Shown: positions 1 to 14,037 of the stretch, piece after piece
Layout of the letters: each line of letters opens with the position of its first letter
Position numbering within the stretch: position 1 is the first letter of the stretch
Assembly (NCBI GenBank): GCA_964016885.1
Contig: OZ024764.1
Span: 29,078,001 to 29,142,000, forward strand
Direction of reading: 5' to 3'
Length of the DNA stretch: 64,000 bases
Source: Eledone cirrhosa
Taxonomy: Eukaryota
The notes under the pieces: generated by a model
What the model saw: the letters and a program-made list of their open reading frames with translations, nothing else
What the model was told of the DNA's origin: nothing
Database searches by the model: none
Program-made: the position numbers and the translations under genes

Positions 1-1907
1 AGCTTCGATAAAATGTTTATGCAGTTCCACTACTTCTAATCTTGTGCCAATAAAATAATCTGTTCTGGATTGAAATATTCCATAGAAGCATTATTATTGA
101 TCCTGCTTTTAATTGGAGTTTGTGAGGCGGCATCCCAGAAGGTGTAAGCATTGCCTCTTTGAAAGTAAACTCTGTTTGTTCTCCAGGTGTGTGGCTAGGC
201 TGTATACTGTATGTGATGTACCATGAAGCTTAAATTCTGAGAGACACAGCACTGCTTCTGGCTGAGACACATACCTGCAACAAAGATAGGTTCTTATTTC
301 ATCATGGTTGTGTTGGTTCTGAGCCTCATTAGGTAATGCATTATTCGTTACTTCTATAGATGTACAATCATGCCCCATGTAACATATTTAAAGAGGTACT
401 TGACACTTTTTACAGAAGCGCAAACTTCAACATTAATATGTGCACAATATTTCTTAAGCAAAAAGGCATTAAATGGCACAACATTCCTGTTATCTACTGA
501 ATGTCATCCAATTTACACTGCAGTTCCTGTCTTGCACCTCCTGTACTCTGGGTATCCATTTAGGTTCAATAATGTTTCCCTTCTGTAGGTTTTTGGATAG
601 TTCTTTTGGAAAAATCCATTTTGTATAAATGGGGGAAAAGGGTTTCCAGAACCACATGGCCTGTGGATAATAAACTTTTAAACCTGCTCATGTAGTACTG
701 GATCATCTTCCAATGCAGGTATTTCTGCTGACACGATTCTGTCAATGTCTTCTCTGTTTCTTATCTTGTCTTCATTTTTTAAGGCTCAGTGTTATCATCT
801 GTTTAGATAATTCATTAAACCATTATACTCATCCACTCACAATTGGGCTTGATTGTTCCTCAAATATTGAAGCCTGCATCCCTCTACTTTCATATAGGCT
901 TCCACTAAATACTGCTAAAATAATTTACCTGCCCTATATATCGCACTAAGTCCTCCTCTATATGCTATACAGTATATGTAATACTCCTGCATTGTCAGTC
1001 TATTGCAAACACAGGTCCTGCATTCCTCTCCATGTCACTATGCCACCAAAATTCACCATTATCGGTCGGTCATGAGGTCCAAGTGGCATGAATTATGTGG
1101 TATTTTCTGAGGAGGATGGTCTTTAGGAAAGATGATAATATCTCTTTGTACAGGTGGTCTGCCCTCAATCCCCCACAAAACAACAGCTATCATTACTAGT
1201 TGGTAAATTATAGCAGCTCATATCTGATCCTCTTCTAAATCTTAATTCACAGTTATGTACACGACAATTTTCTCGTCTAGAACTTTGCTGTTTGATGCCA
1301 TGCATTGTATTGTACACTTCGACATATGGATTACGTTCATGCAACACTTCTCTTATCATAGCCATTTTTTGTGGTGAGCACTCATTATTTGTTGGTACTA
1401 GGGCAGTGGATTGGCAGTATCGGTAGAGCGCCAGACACCATGCTTTGCAGCATAGGGTTATGGCTCTTTACGTTCTGGGTTCAAATCCCTCCAAGGTTGA
1501 CTTTGTTTTCATCCTTATTAGGTCGATAGAATAAAGTACCAGTAATTGCTGGCCTTGTGCCAGAAACAATTATTTGGTTGTACTTCCAATCTGTGCTACA
1601 CACCTTCGTTCCCATCAATAATATATAACTGGTCATATTGTGGTGTATTTTCTGCAGGTTACAGAGATGGGGTTGTAGTGATATGTTTGACCCTGAATAT
1701 GAAAGCTATACGGGCCTCTGCCGGGTGGTAACACCAAATGAAGTGAAATAAATGTAGTTTTAATTGCAGATGTTTCTGTGAAATCAACTGCTTCCTGGCC
1801 TCTTTCAAATTATTTCCATTAATATTAATTGTTGGCCAATTTCTCTTACGACGCTCATTATCCATTCTTCTCTGTCTGAATGTTTTCCATTCTAAGTCTA
1901 TTTGCAT
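1..1907 (-). mobile_element. Decayed Helitron RepHel fragment, copy A (runs off the window start)
   Basis: The minus strand near 370-450 reads AHINVEVCASVKSVKYLFKY, then after a frameshift GHD...HDEIRTYLCCRYVSQPEA, matching the Helitron Rep catalytic-tyrosine region. YNLPTSND occurs at ~1200. Many frameshifts. Confidence 0.88.
1401..1574 (+). mobile_element. tRNA-derived SINE with a Deu/Nin-like central domain, inserted in the Helitron
   Basis: A-box-like ttggcagtatcggtag, B-box-like ggttcaaatccc, then tttcatcctt...ggtcgata.aataaagtaccagt. The same family recurs at 13846, 14318, 21168, 41864, 48000(-) and 60790(-). Confidence 0.75.
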
Positions 1908-2008
1908 GGAATAATTATATTCTGTTGTTTATTATGTAATTAAATAGCTCTGTACAATACATAGAGCATTCTTCTTTTCTTTACCTTTTCTATGGAAATA
2001 CAAGAACA

Positions 2009-2051
<43 letters not shown>

Positions 2052-2232
2052 ATATACATAAACAAGACTGTTATTGCTCCAACCAGTCTATTTACCTTTG
2101 ATAACTATCCTAAATATAAATACACCTATACCATACATACATATATCATATATGTTTTTGATGCCGTGGTATAGCAGAGATAAGCAAGAAGAGAAAAGAA
2201 AATGAAAAGGAGAAAAAAAAAGAAGTAAGAAG

Positions 2233-2460
2233 TCGGGGGAGGGACAGACACTTCACCCCAGTCTAAGTGGTCCCTCAGCCGCAACCTGTGGAAGAAACGT
2301 AAAAGCGTTACCTCGGAGCAAGGCCAGAGACACCTGCTACAATAGTCGCCCCTCCTCATGGGGCTCCTGTCGTCTTTCCTCCCAACTTTATGGAGGAAAT
2401 CAGCAGTACAGGGACCAAGTATGGCAGAGGTCTCAATCGAGTGGAAGAGGTGAGTCAGGC
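2233..2460 (-). mobile_element. CRE-like non-LTR retrotransposon, 3' end of ORF (decayed)
   Basis: The minus strand reads IETSAILGPCTADFLHKVG/(frameshift)..EGRLL*QVSLALLRGNAF, resembling the ET.G.LG...LS.A..RGNA C-terminus of RLE-type CRE elements. Duplicated at ~15231-15430. Confidence 0.65.
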
Positions 2461-4089
2461 CTTGGTACTATCTTACTATCCTCTGCATTGCCGGGTGTGG
2501 AGCCTAGGTTTGTGGCTGTAGCTATATTTGAACTTTTATATGAAATTTCAGTTTTATATTTTTCACATCATAAAACTTAATCTTAGTCTTTTGCAGCTCA
2601 TCTTGTTTCATCTCGCAGCACACGATTTGGGAACCACTGCTCTAGAGATAGAAAAAGTATATATTATGCAGGGCTTCCCTGAGACATAAAAATTATTTCA
2701 AGAGATCGACATGGGTAGAAAGGTTGAGAAATGCTGCACAATGTTCTTTGGTTTTTGTTCACCTTTAAATAATCATGTATAAAATATCGGGTGTGCAAGA
2801 TTTCATGAAAAGGTATAACATTATTTATGCTGATCTTGCAGGGACTAGCTCCAATTGAGAGTTGTACCAATTCCCACTAAACTCGAAACTCCTGGACAAT
2901 ATATACATATCTTTATAAGTTCCTGTGTATTGTGTCGCTGTATAATGAAACATAAATATATACCATGCATGTCAGTCAGATTTGAACTCACTATATTTGG
3001 CGTTTTATAGATATAATTTGTTTGTTAAAACAATTGATTAAATAATAACTAAATAAAATTAATTCTACAATCCTGGATAGGGAATGAACTTATAACTTCA
3101 TAATAGAAGCCATCTATTCGAGCAGTATTGCCATCTAAGCCACCAGGTTACTTATAGAACTTCATTCAAATATAAAATATAAAATATATGCCAGACATAG
3201 TGAGTTGGAATCTGACTGATTAGTTGGTCATTGTCCCAGCCAACAGTTTAAATCGCCAACCAGTAGGTGACATCGACTAGGTTGGGAAAACTTGGTTAAG
3301 TAGCTCCAGTTATTGCTACGTTAGACATATTCAAGACTTATCGACACCGAATGGAAGAAAGGTAAAGTTGAACTCAGAGTAAAGAACTGGAAAAATACTG
3401 CAAAGAATTCTATCTGATGTTCTAACAATTCTACCAAATTACCTTATGTATATATATTTATATCTAGAGATAAGAAGAAAACTGAAAGAAAGAAAAATGA
3501 GACCTTATATGTAACCCATGACCAGGATTGAAACCGAAACCATGACTACCACCATCTCTGGTATCACCCACCAGACCACCATGAAAGATACAAACATCTG
3601 CTTTTTTAATATTTATAAGCCTACTTTCAATATTAAAGTAATTAACATGTGGTGTTGTTCATGCCTTTCTCTATGTTATTGGTAAAAAATAAAGTATTTA
3701 AACCTCAAATTTTGTTATTCAAATATGCTTGCTTATGTAATTATAAATGTCGCAGAATACACACACATATATAGATGTGAAAATATTCAGGACCCCAACG
3801 GCTGTGCTACTGCCGTTTCGACATCTATATATATATCTTTTAGTCCTAGGCTCTTTCAGCGCAGAAAGAATTCTCCAATGATCACAACCAGCTAATGGTG
3901 CCCAGTGGAAGCACTTTAGTCTAATTATAACCCCAACGATCACGATTAGCGGCGGCTTTTTCGAGTCTGAGGTTGACTGCCATATATATATATATATCTA
4001 TATATATATATATATTTTTTTATACTTTGCTAGAATCCCGGAGAACAACAGAAAGATGCTGAGTTCAGAGTTTAAAAAACATGTCCCCT

Positions 4090-5330
4090 TTAATATAAAA
4101 ACAATCCGAGTCTTGTAAAAGTGTTATTACTGTAATATAAAGTAGAAACCCTTTATTTAAACAAAGCTGAGATGCAGCGATCATCAAAGCAAACCCCAAA
4201 ATGTAAACAAACTTCTCGCAGATGCTGGCAGATACACGATAACATGTGTATACGAAGTGTAACAGGGAGTTGGGTCGTATTATATGACTTTCAAATTGAC
4301 CCCTATTATATTCAAATTATCCCCTGTGGGGCGTGCACCCCACGTTGAGAATCCCTCATAAATAAATATATGTGAGTGTGTTGCTATGACTGCTATTTCT
4401 AGCAGGTTTACTGCAGTCCTGTAGACGCACAACAAAAACCGGAAGTGGCAGCCATTAAAAAACTTTGGCTTAAAATCAGGCAAAAGTTTTTTAACAATTT
4501 GCCAAGAAAGATAACTCTTGTCTTACTTAATCGCAAAAATCGAGGCAAAAAATGTTGCGGGTGTGCAGTTTGTTTGGTGTATTTGACTGCTATTTCTAGC
4601 ATATATGGACACTTTAGAAATAGCAGCGAAACACGGGAAACATAAGAAAGAAGGACACACACGTATATATATATACATATATATATGCACAGATATATAT
4701 ATTTATATATACATACACGCGCGCACACACACCTATACGTAGATATGGGTGTGTGTATAGCTGGTATATATATATATGTATGGGTGAGTGTATAGCTGGT
4801 ATATATATATATATATATATATAGGTGTGTGTCCTTCTTTCTGCTGTTTTCCGTTTTTCGCTGCTATTTCTAAAGTGTCCATACATGCTAGAAATAGCAG
4901 TCAAATACACCAAAGAAACTGCACACCCGCAAAATTTTTGCCTCGATTTTTGCGATTAAGTAAGACAAGAGTTATCTTTCTTGGCAAATTGTTAAAAAAC
5001 TTTTGCCTGATTTTAAGCCAAAGTTTTTTAATGGCTGCCACTTCCGGTTTTTTTTGTGCGTCTACAGGACTGCAGTAAACCTGCTAGAAATAGCAGTCAT
5101 AGCAACACACTCACATATATTTATTTATGAGGGATTCTCAACGTGGGGTGCACGCCCCACAGGGGGATAATTTGAATATAATAGGGGTCAATTTGAAAGT
5201 CATATAATACGACCAAGTTTCCAGATACACTTCGTATACACATGTTATTTGAAGTTTGTTTTGATCATCGCTGCATCGCAGCTTTGTTTAAATAAAGGGT
5301 TTCTACTTTATATTACAGTAATAAAAGTTT
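4090..5330. repeat. Fold-back (long inverted repeat) A, arms about 0.5 kb around a TA/CA microsatellite core
   Basis: About 4110-4650 is the reverse complement of about 4830-5325 (for example aaccggaagtggcagccattaaaaaactttggc versus gccaaagttttttaatggctgccacttccggtt). Confidence 0.9.
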
Positions 5331-5463
5331 TACTTCGTCTACACATGTTATCGTGTATCCGGCAGCACCTATGGGCTGTTTGTTTATACTTTGGTGTTTA
5401 TTTTGATCATCGCCTCATCGCAGGTTTGTTTAATTAAAGGTTGCGAGGGGGATCACTGACATA

Positions 5464-5507
<44 letters not shown>

Positions 5508-5592
5508 ACGAAAAGACACACACATATATATACATACACGCAGACATACACCTGTGTGTATGTGTATGTGCGTGTGTGCGTGTCTTTGGCTG

Positions 5593-5626
<34 letters not shown>

Positions 5627-5751
5627 TTCTCTCTGTGTATATATATACAGACACACACTGTTGTTTCTTGATTTTTAGCTGCTGTTTCTAAAGTGTCTAT
5701 TAATATATGCTAGAAATAGCAGTCAAGGGAACATTTACGTATATATATGTA

Positions 5752-6140
5752 AGGACAGTGACACCTGCTGCAACAGGCATCCAACCTCGTGGGACTCCAT
5801 CCTCAGACGGGCCACAGACACTGCGATGTTGCGGAGGAGCTCGGCTGTAATGGGTCCAAGTTGGCCCGGGGTCTCGACGGCGGCTGGTGCTTAGAAGAGG
5901 CTCCAGGACAAACACCGGAATTTGTTTATGTTATGTTCATCTGCGAGACGGGCAGCGATGCTGGGGTTTGTGGATCTACCTCCTTCGAATGGGAAGAGGG
6001 TGATTCCCTCGGGGTGCTTGCCATCTCCGCGGCCTAGGCCTGCTGGCTCCAGTTGAGATGGAAATTCAGCTGCGTCCAGGCTTCTTCTCACTATGTCGTT
6101 GAGAGCATTTATGTGGCTCACACACGCGGAGGCCAAGGCG
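5752..6140 (-). mobile_element. CRE-like non-LTR retrotransposon, restriction-like endonuclease fragment
   Basis: HINALNDIVRRSL...PSQLEPAGLGRGDGKHPEGITLFPF matches the RH..LND...LEP.GL.R.DGKRPDG motif. A downstream frame reads AVETPGQLG...LLQQVSLSL. Confidence 0.8.
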
Positions 6141-6629
6141 TTGGGCTACTCCGATGCGAGTTCAATCATCATCAAGAATTTATTTGAATTGAAAGGTCAC
6201 TAAACTAATATAGGAGTGTCATTTAAAAATAAGGTAAACAGAAATAGTTACACCGGTAACATAATTACTGTTACACCGGTAGTTCACTAACAAATCATTT
6301 CACGTTCCTCTCTAACAGGTAATGTTTTAATTTGCTCTCCATGTTGGGGAGTAACTGTAGTTTGGCTTGCTAGGGGTCATACATCTTCATACACACACAC
6401 ATACTATATATATATATACAAAGGAAAGGAAGATAAACAAATATCAGAGGATTTGACCGGCTTCTTCCTCTTGGCACCTGTAGCTACCATGACGTATAAA
6501 TATATATATATATATATATATATCTATATATATATCATCATTTTCATTTTACGTCTGCTTTTCCCTGTTTGCAAGGGTGGGACATATATATATATATACC
6601 ATCATTATACATCCACTTTTCCCCGCTTG

Positions 6630-6809
6630 GCAGCACCTACGAGAAGTTTGTTTTGATCATCGCTGCATCGTAGCTTTGTTTAAATAAAGGGTTTCTACTT
6701 TATATTACAGTAATAATACTTTCAGAATACTCGGATTGTTTTTATATTAAAGGGGAACATAAACATATTTTAGAGGAGGGGTGTGGAGCAGAAAAGTTTG
6801 GGGACCACT
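6630..6809 (+). mobile_element. 3' half of a hAT-type MITE (same family as 18475-18808)
   Basis: Homologous to 18600-18808 and ends in aaaagtttggggaccactg, a typical hAT/Charlie-type TIR. Confidence 0.7.
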
Positions 6810-7544
6810 GATACACACACACATTTATTTACTATATATATAATATATACATATATATATGTCTGTGTGTGTATACTATATATATATATATATGTACAGG
6901 GAGGTCGAAGCATTTCAGAATTTTTCTAGGCGGAGGGGGGGGGGGTGCAAATCCCCCTCTTTATATCAATTAGCACTAACTCTCTCCCTCTCTATATCTA
7001 CTACACGGCACTCTCTTCCAATACCCCTCTCTATATGAAGTAACACCAAACTCTCCCCCTCTCTATATATTAAGCACTAAGTCAGGAATTTTTTTCTTCT
7101 TTCGTGCAGAGAGAGTAAAGTTGATTAAATCTACTGCAGTGAATTACTGGTATTTTATTTAATAAAAAATTAAAATTTACTATTTGTCTTCGTTTAATTT
7201 TTGTTTTTCTTTACATAGTTTCGTTTCGTTAAATGTCTCCAGAATTTGTTTTTACTTTTACCGGATATTGAAGGTGTAAACTTGTTGTCTAGAAACGTGT
7301 TAGAAATATTTTTCTTTTAATTGTGAAGAATTTAACCGCAAAGTAAGTTTTTTTTACTGTTTATTTGTGGCTGGGACAACGTATGGTATGTGTTAATGTA
7401 AATGGTGAAGGTTTAAAGATTCTTTTTACAACTGAAAATCGGTTTGTTGTTGCTGCTAATTACTTAACGCATGGAATAGATTTGAAAAATACAGGATTGT
7501 TTCTCGGAAGAGAGAAAGAAGAAACAAACAAATCACAGAAGCGG

Positions 7545-7725
7545 GTAGCACACACATTTGGGACCACATACAACACAAAAACAGGTAATCCACACATCTG
7601 GGACCACATACAACACACCAGCAGGTAATACATACATCTAGGACCACATAAGCAGGTAATACACACATCTAGGACCACATACAACACACAAGCAGGTAAT
7701 ACACACATCTAGGACGACATACAAC
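7545..7725. repeat. Degenerate ~40-bp minisatellite, about 5 copies
   Basis: Unit approximately ggaccacatacaacacacaagcaggtaatacacacatcta. Confidence 0.8.
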
Positions 7726-7834
7726 CAAAGGCAGGCGAAAGGGGTGGACAAACGAGCTGCTACTAGAGCAAAAGATAACAGTATCGCGAGGAGCACTGGG
7801 AAACCTCTCTAATGATTTTTTAGGCAAGCCAGCA

Positions 7835-8020
7835 CGTCTGCAGCGTTACCTCGGGCGATGGCGAGGCTGAGGAGCTGGAACAACCAAGTGCCCTCACGAG
7901 CTTCACCAGTCACCTTCGTCAGGCTAGCCGCCAGTGAAGATAGGAATCTCGCAGTCAGTATCCCGACTCCCCCAAACACCACAGGCTGGAAAATGTAGTT
8001 GGCCGACAGATCACAGTATT
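7835..8020 (-). mobile_element. CRE-like non-LTR retrotransposon ORF C-terminus (third, distinct subfamily)
   Basis: The minus strand reads DLSANYIFQPVVFGGVGILTARFLSSLAASLTKVTGEAREGTWLFQLLSLAIARGNAADVL. Confidence 0.78.
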
Positions 8021-8050
8021 ACTTAACAGTGATAGATATTCTGTCTAAAG

Positions 8051-8116
8051 GAGGGGCGTGCAACAGGCGGCCCGCGGGCCACAATCGAGCCCACCTGACC
8101 AGTCAGAGTGGCCCGC
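8051..8116 (+). mobile_element. hAT-type MITE 5' end remnant
   Basis: aggggcgtgcaacaggcggcccgcgggccacaatc...ggcccgc resembles Charlie/MER58-type 5' termini. Confidence 0.55.
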
Positions 8117-8170
8117 AATGACTGTTGTAGGCTTATTTAGAATTTTTTCCATACCCGTAATACTTCTGTT

Positions 8171-9858
8171 AGTTGACGTATACTAAAGGACTTCACTGAT
8201 AGGGTTATATGTGTTATAATTTCCCAGTTGACCTATACTAAAGGACTTCACTGATATGGTTATATGTGTTATAATTTCCCAGTTGACCTATACTAAAGGA
8301 CTTCACTGATAGGGTTATATGTGTTATAGTTTCCCAGTTGACCTATACTAAAGGACTTCACTGATAGGGTTATATGTGTTATAGTTTCCCAGTTGACCTA
8401 TACTAAAGGACTTCACTGATAGGGTTATATGTGTTATAGTTTCCCAGTTGACCTATACTAAAGGACTTCACTGATAGGGTTATATGTGTTATAATTTCCC
8501 AGTTGACCTATACTAAAGGACTTCACTGATAGGGTTATATGTGTTATAGTTTCCCAGTTGACCTATACTAAAGGACTTCACTGATAGGGTTATATGTGTT
8601 ATAGTTTCCCAGTTGACCTATACTAAAGGACTTCACTGATAGGGTTATATGTGTGATAGTTTCCCAGTTGACCTATACTAAAGGACTTCACTGATAGGGT
8701 TATATGTGTTATAGTTTCCCAGTTGACCTATACTAAAGGACTTCACTGATAGGGTTATATGTGTTATAATTTCCCAGTTGACCTATACTAAAGGACTTCA
8801 CTGATAGGGTTATATGTGTTATAGTTTCCCAGTTGACCTATACTAAAGGACTTCACTGATAGGGTTATATGTGTTATAGTTTCCCAGTTGACCTATACTA
8901 AAGGACTTCACTGATAGGGTTATATGTGTTATAGTTTCCCAGTTGACCTATACTAAAGGACTTCACTGATAGGGTTATATGTGTTATAGTTTCCCAGTTG
9001 ACCTATACTAAAGGACTTCACTGATAGGGTTATATGTGTTATAATTTCCCAGTTGACCTATACTAAAGGACTTCACTGATAGGGTTATATGTGTTATAGT
9101 TTCCCAGTTGACCTATACTAAAGGACTTCACTGATAGGGTTATATGTGTTATAGTTTCCCAGTTGACCTATACTAAAGGACTTCACTGATAGGGTTATAT
9201 GTGTTATAGTTTCCCAGTTGACCTATACTAAAGGACTTCACTGATAGGGTTATATGTGATATAATTTCCCAGTTGACCTATACTAAAGGACTTCACTGAT
9301 AGGGTTATATGTGTTATAGTTTCCCAGTTGACCTATACTAAAGGACTTCACTGATAGGGTTATATGTGTTATAGTTTCCCAGTTGACCTATACTAAAGGG
9401 CTTCACTGAGAGAGTTATATGTGTTATAGTTTCCCAGAGGGCTTCACTGATAGGGCTATATGTGTTATAGTTTCCCAGTTGACCTATACTAAAGGACTTC
9501 ACTGATAGGGTTATATGTGTTATAGTTTCCCAGTTGACCTATACTAAAGGACGTCACTGATAGGGTTATATGTGTTATAGTTTCCCAGTTGACCTATACT
9601 AAAGGACTTCACTGATAGGGTTATATGTGTTATAGTTTCCCAGTTGACCTATACTAAAGGACTTCACTGATAGGGTTATATGTGTTATAGTTTCCCAGTT
9701 GACCTATACTAAAGGACTTCACTGATAGGGTTATATGTGTTATAGTTTCCCAGTTGACCTATACTAAAGGACTTCACTGATAGGGTTATATGTGTTATAG
9801 TTTCCCAGTTGACCTATACTAAAGGGCTTCACTGATAGAGTTATATGTGTTATAGTTT
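8171..9858. repeat. 55-bp tandem satellite, about 30 near-identical copies
   Basis: Unit agttgacctatactaaaggacttcactgatagggttatatgtgttatagtttccc; period measured 8226 to 8281. Confidence 0.97.
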
Positions 9859-12046
9859 GAAACAAACTACCTGCATCAGTTATTATACTTTTATAACACC
9901 GCTATATTACCTACATGAAAGAGGTAAATATTTATTTCTCTTGTCTTCTTAAATGTATAGAACATTTTTCTTATATATATTCTTAACATAGCTAGGACCG
10001 TTTATTATTTACTAGTCTCTACTCCTAGGACTTTGCTGGTCTCATGTCCCCTCCATCAACACACACTCGGTAGAAAGCTGGTCGTCGGAGGTAAAGTGGC
10101 CCTGATTACAGGTCTAGTATTGAAGCCTTTCGGCTTGAGCCTTGCTGATGCCGACAGAGTTCCTGTGGTAGTTTTGGTAGCACAGGTGACATTTTATTGT
10201 GTTTAGGTACCGGCTAGTGCAGACACAGAGAGCACAACCAGGTGGTGAGCTGGCAACGACCAAGTGTAGAGGGCCAGCTTTGAAATTCGAGCGACGGAGT
10301 GAACTAGTAAAAGAGGCAGGGTAAGCAGCATTGGTTCTAACGGTGGGACTAGAACGGAGGTTGGGTGGTGCTGGGGGTGGGCTAACAGCTAACAGTTGTA
10401 GGAGTGGTGGGGGTTTGGTAGGATTAATTTTTACATCTGTCTGTGAACTCTTGAAAAAGCAACATACAATTGTCCAGGGTTAAATACTTGCTCAGGGAGC
10501 AACAGACCCACTTTATCATGTATTTGACCATGGTTCTTGTTGATTGTCATGGCATATGACAGTCTTAATGGAAACTGGGGTCTTTCCAAAGTAAAAGGGA
10601 TGTTGGCACCACTGGGGGATAACTTCAGTCTTGGGATCAAAACACACCTGCCAATCAAAGGACTATAGATATGAGAAGCTTTGATAAAATGTTTATGCAG
10701 TTCTACTACTTCTAATCTTGTGCCATTACATAATCTGTTCTGGATTGAAATATTCCATAGAAGCATTATTATTGATCCTGCTTATAATTGGAGTTTGTGA
10801 GGCGGCATCCCAGAAGGTGTAAGCAAGTTCATTTAGCTTGAACCAGGCAGCAAGGGTCCCTGCATTTCTACCACAACCTGAGCATTGCCTCTTTGAAAGT
10901 AAACTCTGTTTGTTCTCCAGGTGTGTGGCTAGGCTGTATACTGTATGTGATGTACCATGAAGCTTAAATTCCGAGAGACACGACACTGCTTCTGGCTGAG
11001 ACACATACCTGCAACAAAGATAGGTTCTTATTTCATCATGGTTGTGTTGGTTCTGAGCCTCATTAGGTAATGAATTATTCGTTACTTCTATAGATGTACA
11101 ATCATGCCCCATGTAACATATTTAAAGAGGTACTTGACACTTTTTACAGAAGCGCAAACTTCAACATTAATATGTGCACAATATTTCTTAAGCAAAAAGG
11201 CATTAAATGACACAACATTCCTGTTATCTACTGAATGTCATCCAATTTACACTGCAGTTCCTGTCTTGCACCTCCTGTACTCTGGGTATCCATTTAGGTT
11301 CAATAATGTTTCCCTTCTGTAGGTTTTTGGATAGTTCTTTTGGAAAAATCCATTTTGTATAAATGGGGGAAAAGGGTTTCCAGAACCACATGGCCTGTGG
11401 ATCATAAACTTTTAAACCTGCTCATGTAGTACTGGATCATCTTCCAATGCAGGTATTTCGGCTGACACGATTCTGTCAATGTCTTCTCTGTTTCTTATCT
11501 TGTCTTCATTTTTTAAGGCTCAGTGTTATCATCTGTTTAGATAATTCATTAAACCATTATACTCATCCACTCACAATTGGGCTTGATTGTTCCTCAAATA
11601 TTGAAGCCTGCATCCCTCTACTTTCATATAGGCTTCCACTAAATACTGCTAAAATAATTTACCTGCCCTATATATCGCACTAAGTCCTCCTCTATATGCT
11701 ATACAGTATATGTAATACTCCTGCATTGTCAGTCTATTGCAAACACAGGTCCTGCATTCCTCTCCATGTCACTATGCCACCAAAATTCACCATTATGGGT
11801 CGGTCATGAGGTCCAACTGGCATGAATTATGTGATATATTCTGAGGAGGATGGTCTTTAGGAAAGATGATAATATCTCTTTGTACAGGTGGTGTGCCCTC
11901 AATCCCCCACAAAACAACAGCTATCATTACTAGTTGGTAAATTAGAGCAGCTCATATCTGATCCTCTTCTAAATCTTAATTCACAGTTCTGTACACGACA
12001 ATTTTCTCTTCTTGCACTTTGCTGTTTGAGATGAAACAAGATAGCA

Positions 12047-12528
12047 ATGTCCATAACATTACATGTCAGAATTATTAGCCACAGGGGCAGAGATGTCCAT
12101 AACATTACATGTCAGAATTATTAGCCACAGATGCAGAGATGTCCACAACATTACATGTCAGAATTATTAGCCACAGGGGCAGAGATGTCCATAACATTAC
12201 ATGACATATTTATTAGCCACAGGGGCAGAGATGTCCATAACATTACATGACAGATTTATTAGCCACAGGGGCAGAGATGTCCATAACATTACATGACAGC
12301 TTTATTAGCCACAGGGGCAGAGATGTCCATAACATTACATGTCAGAATTATTAGCCACAGGCGCAGAGATGACCATAACATTACATGACATAATTATTAG
12401 CCACAGGGGCAGAGATGACCATAACATTACATGACAGATTTATTAACCACAGGGGCAGAGATGACCATAACATTACATGACAATTATTAGCCCCAGGGGC
12501 AGATATGTCCATAACATTACATGACAGA
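12047..12528. repeat. 46-bp minisatellite, about 10 copies
   Basis: Unit agagatgtccataacattacatgtcagaattattagccacaggggc; period 12047 to 12093. Confidence 0.93.
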
Positions 12529-13195
12529 GTTTCATCTCGCGCTCTCTCTCTCTCGTTTCATCTCGCTCTCTCTCTCTCTCGTTTCATCTCTGTCTTCCTC
12601 TCTCTCATTTCATCTCTGTCTTCCCCTCTCTCGTTCCATCTCTCTCTTCCTCTCTCTCGTTCCATCTCTCTCTTCCTCTCTCTCGTTTCATCTCTATATC
12701 TCTCTCTCGTTTCATCTGTCTCTCTCTCTGTCGTTTCATCTCCCTCTATCTCTCTCTCGCTCTCTCGTTTCATCTCTCTCTCCCTCTCGTTTCATCTCGC
12801 TCTCTCTCTCCTGTTTCATCTCGCTCTCTCTCTCCTGTTTCATCTCGCACTCTCTCTCCTGTTTCATCTCGCTCTCTACTCTCGTTTCCTCTCTCTCTCA
12901 TTTCATCTCGCTCTCACTCTCTCTCATTTCATCTCGCTCTCTCTCTCTCTCTCTCGTTTCATCTCGCTCTCTCTCTCTCATTTCATCTCGCTCTCACTCT
13001 CTCTCATTTCATCTCGCTCTCTCTCTCTCACTCTCTCTCATTTCATCTCGCTCTCACTCTCTCATTTCATCTCGCTCTCTCTCTCTCTCTCGTTTCATCT
13101 CGCTCTCTCTGTCTCATTTCATCTCGCTCTCTCTCTCTCTCGTTTCATCTCGCTCTCTCTCTCTCGTTTCATCTCGCTCTCTCTGTCTCATTTCA

Positions 13196-13231
<36 letters not shown>

Positions 13232-13640
13232 CATCTCGCTCTCACTCTCTCGTTTCATCTCGCTCTCACTCTCTCATTTCATCTCGCTCTCTCTCTCTCG
13301 TTCCATCTCGCTCTCTCTTTCTCTTGTTTCAACACTCTAATCCCTCACTTGTTTCATCTCTCTCTTGTTTCAATTCTTTCTCTCTCTCTCTCTCTTTCTC
13401 TCCCCTCTCTCTCTTGTTTCATCCCTCACCCTCTTGTTTCATCCCCCTCTCCCTCTTCCTCTCTCTCTCTCTTCCTCTCTCTCTCTTCCTCTCTCTCTCT
13501 CTTCCTCTCTCTCTCTCTCTTCCTCTCTCTCTCTCTTTCACACTCTATCTCCGACTCGTTTCATCACTCTCTCACCTCTCGTTTCAACTCTCTCCTCTCT
13601 TGTTTCAACTCTCTCACCTCTCGTTTCAACTCTCTCTCTC
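12529..13640. repeat. CT-rich low-complexity array (tttcatctcgctctctct)
   Basis: Direct inspection; source of the Ser/Leu pseudo-ORFs. Confidence 0.95.
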
Positions 13641-13845
13641 TGTGTCTCCAATGTGTAATAAACCGTGACTCATATATATATACCGAAGAATGTACATAAA
13701 CACATACATACACGCATGTGTATATATATATACATACATGTGTCTCTCTCTCTCCCTATATATATGTACATATGTGTAAATATGTACATACATATTAGTG
13801 TATATATATTGCTATCTATATGCATATTTGTATAATTATACTGTA

Positions 13846-14037
13846 TGGTGAATTGGCAGTATCGGTAGAGGGTCTGACGCCATGATTTCCAGCATAGTTA
13901 CGTCCCTTTACGATCCGAGGTTAACTTTGCCTTTCATCCTTACGGGGTCGATAAAATAAAGTACCAGTAATGTACTGGTTAATTACTGACTACTGGTTAA
14001 TTACTGGTTAATTGTGCCTAAAATAGAAACAATTATT
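13846..14037 (+). mobile_element. tRNA-derived SINE (family of 1401)
   Basis: ggtgaattggcagtatcggtagag...gcctttcatccttacggggtcgataaaataaagtaccagt. Confidence 0.75.

Noticed and set aside
7200-7350. Possible plus-strand non-coding exon ending at aa|gtaagt
   Set aside because: A single donor-like site with no supporting downstream exons.
8171-9858. CRISPR-like appearance of the regular arrays (also 32.4-34.1 kb and 42.3-44.4 kb)
   Set aside because: No unique spacers, no cas genes, and a eukaryotic context.
10020-10430. GC-richer stretch after the Helitron helicase as a captured gene or 3' terminus
   Set aside because: No recognisable ORF, and the CTAG at ~10012 lacks a convincing hairpin.
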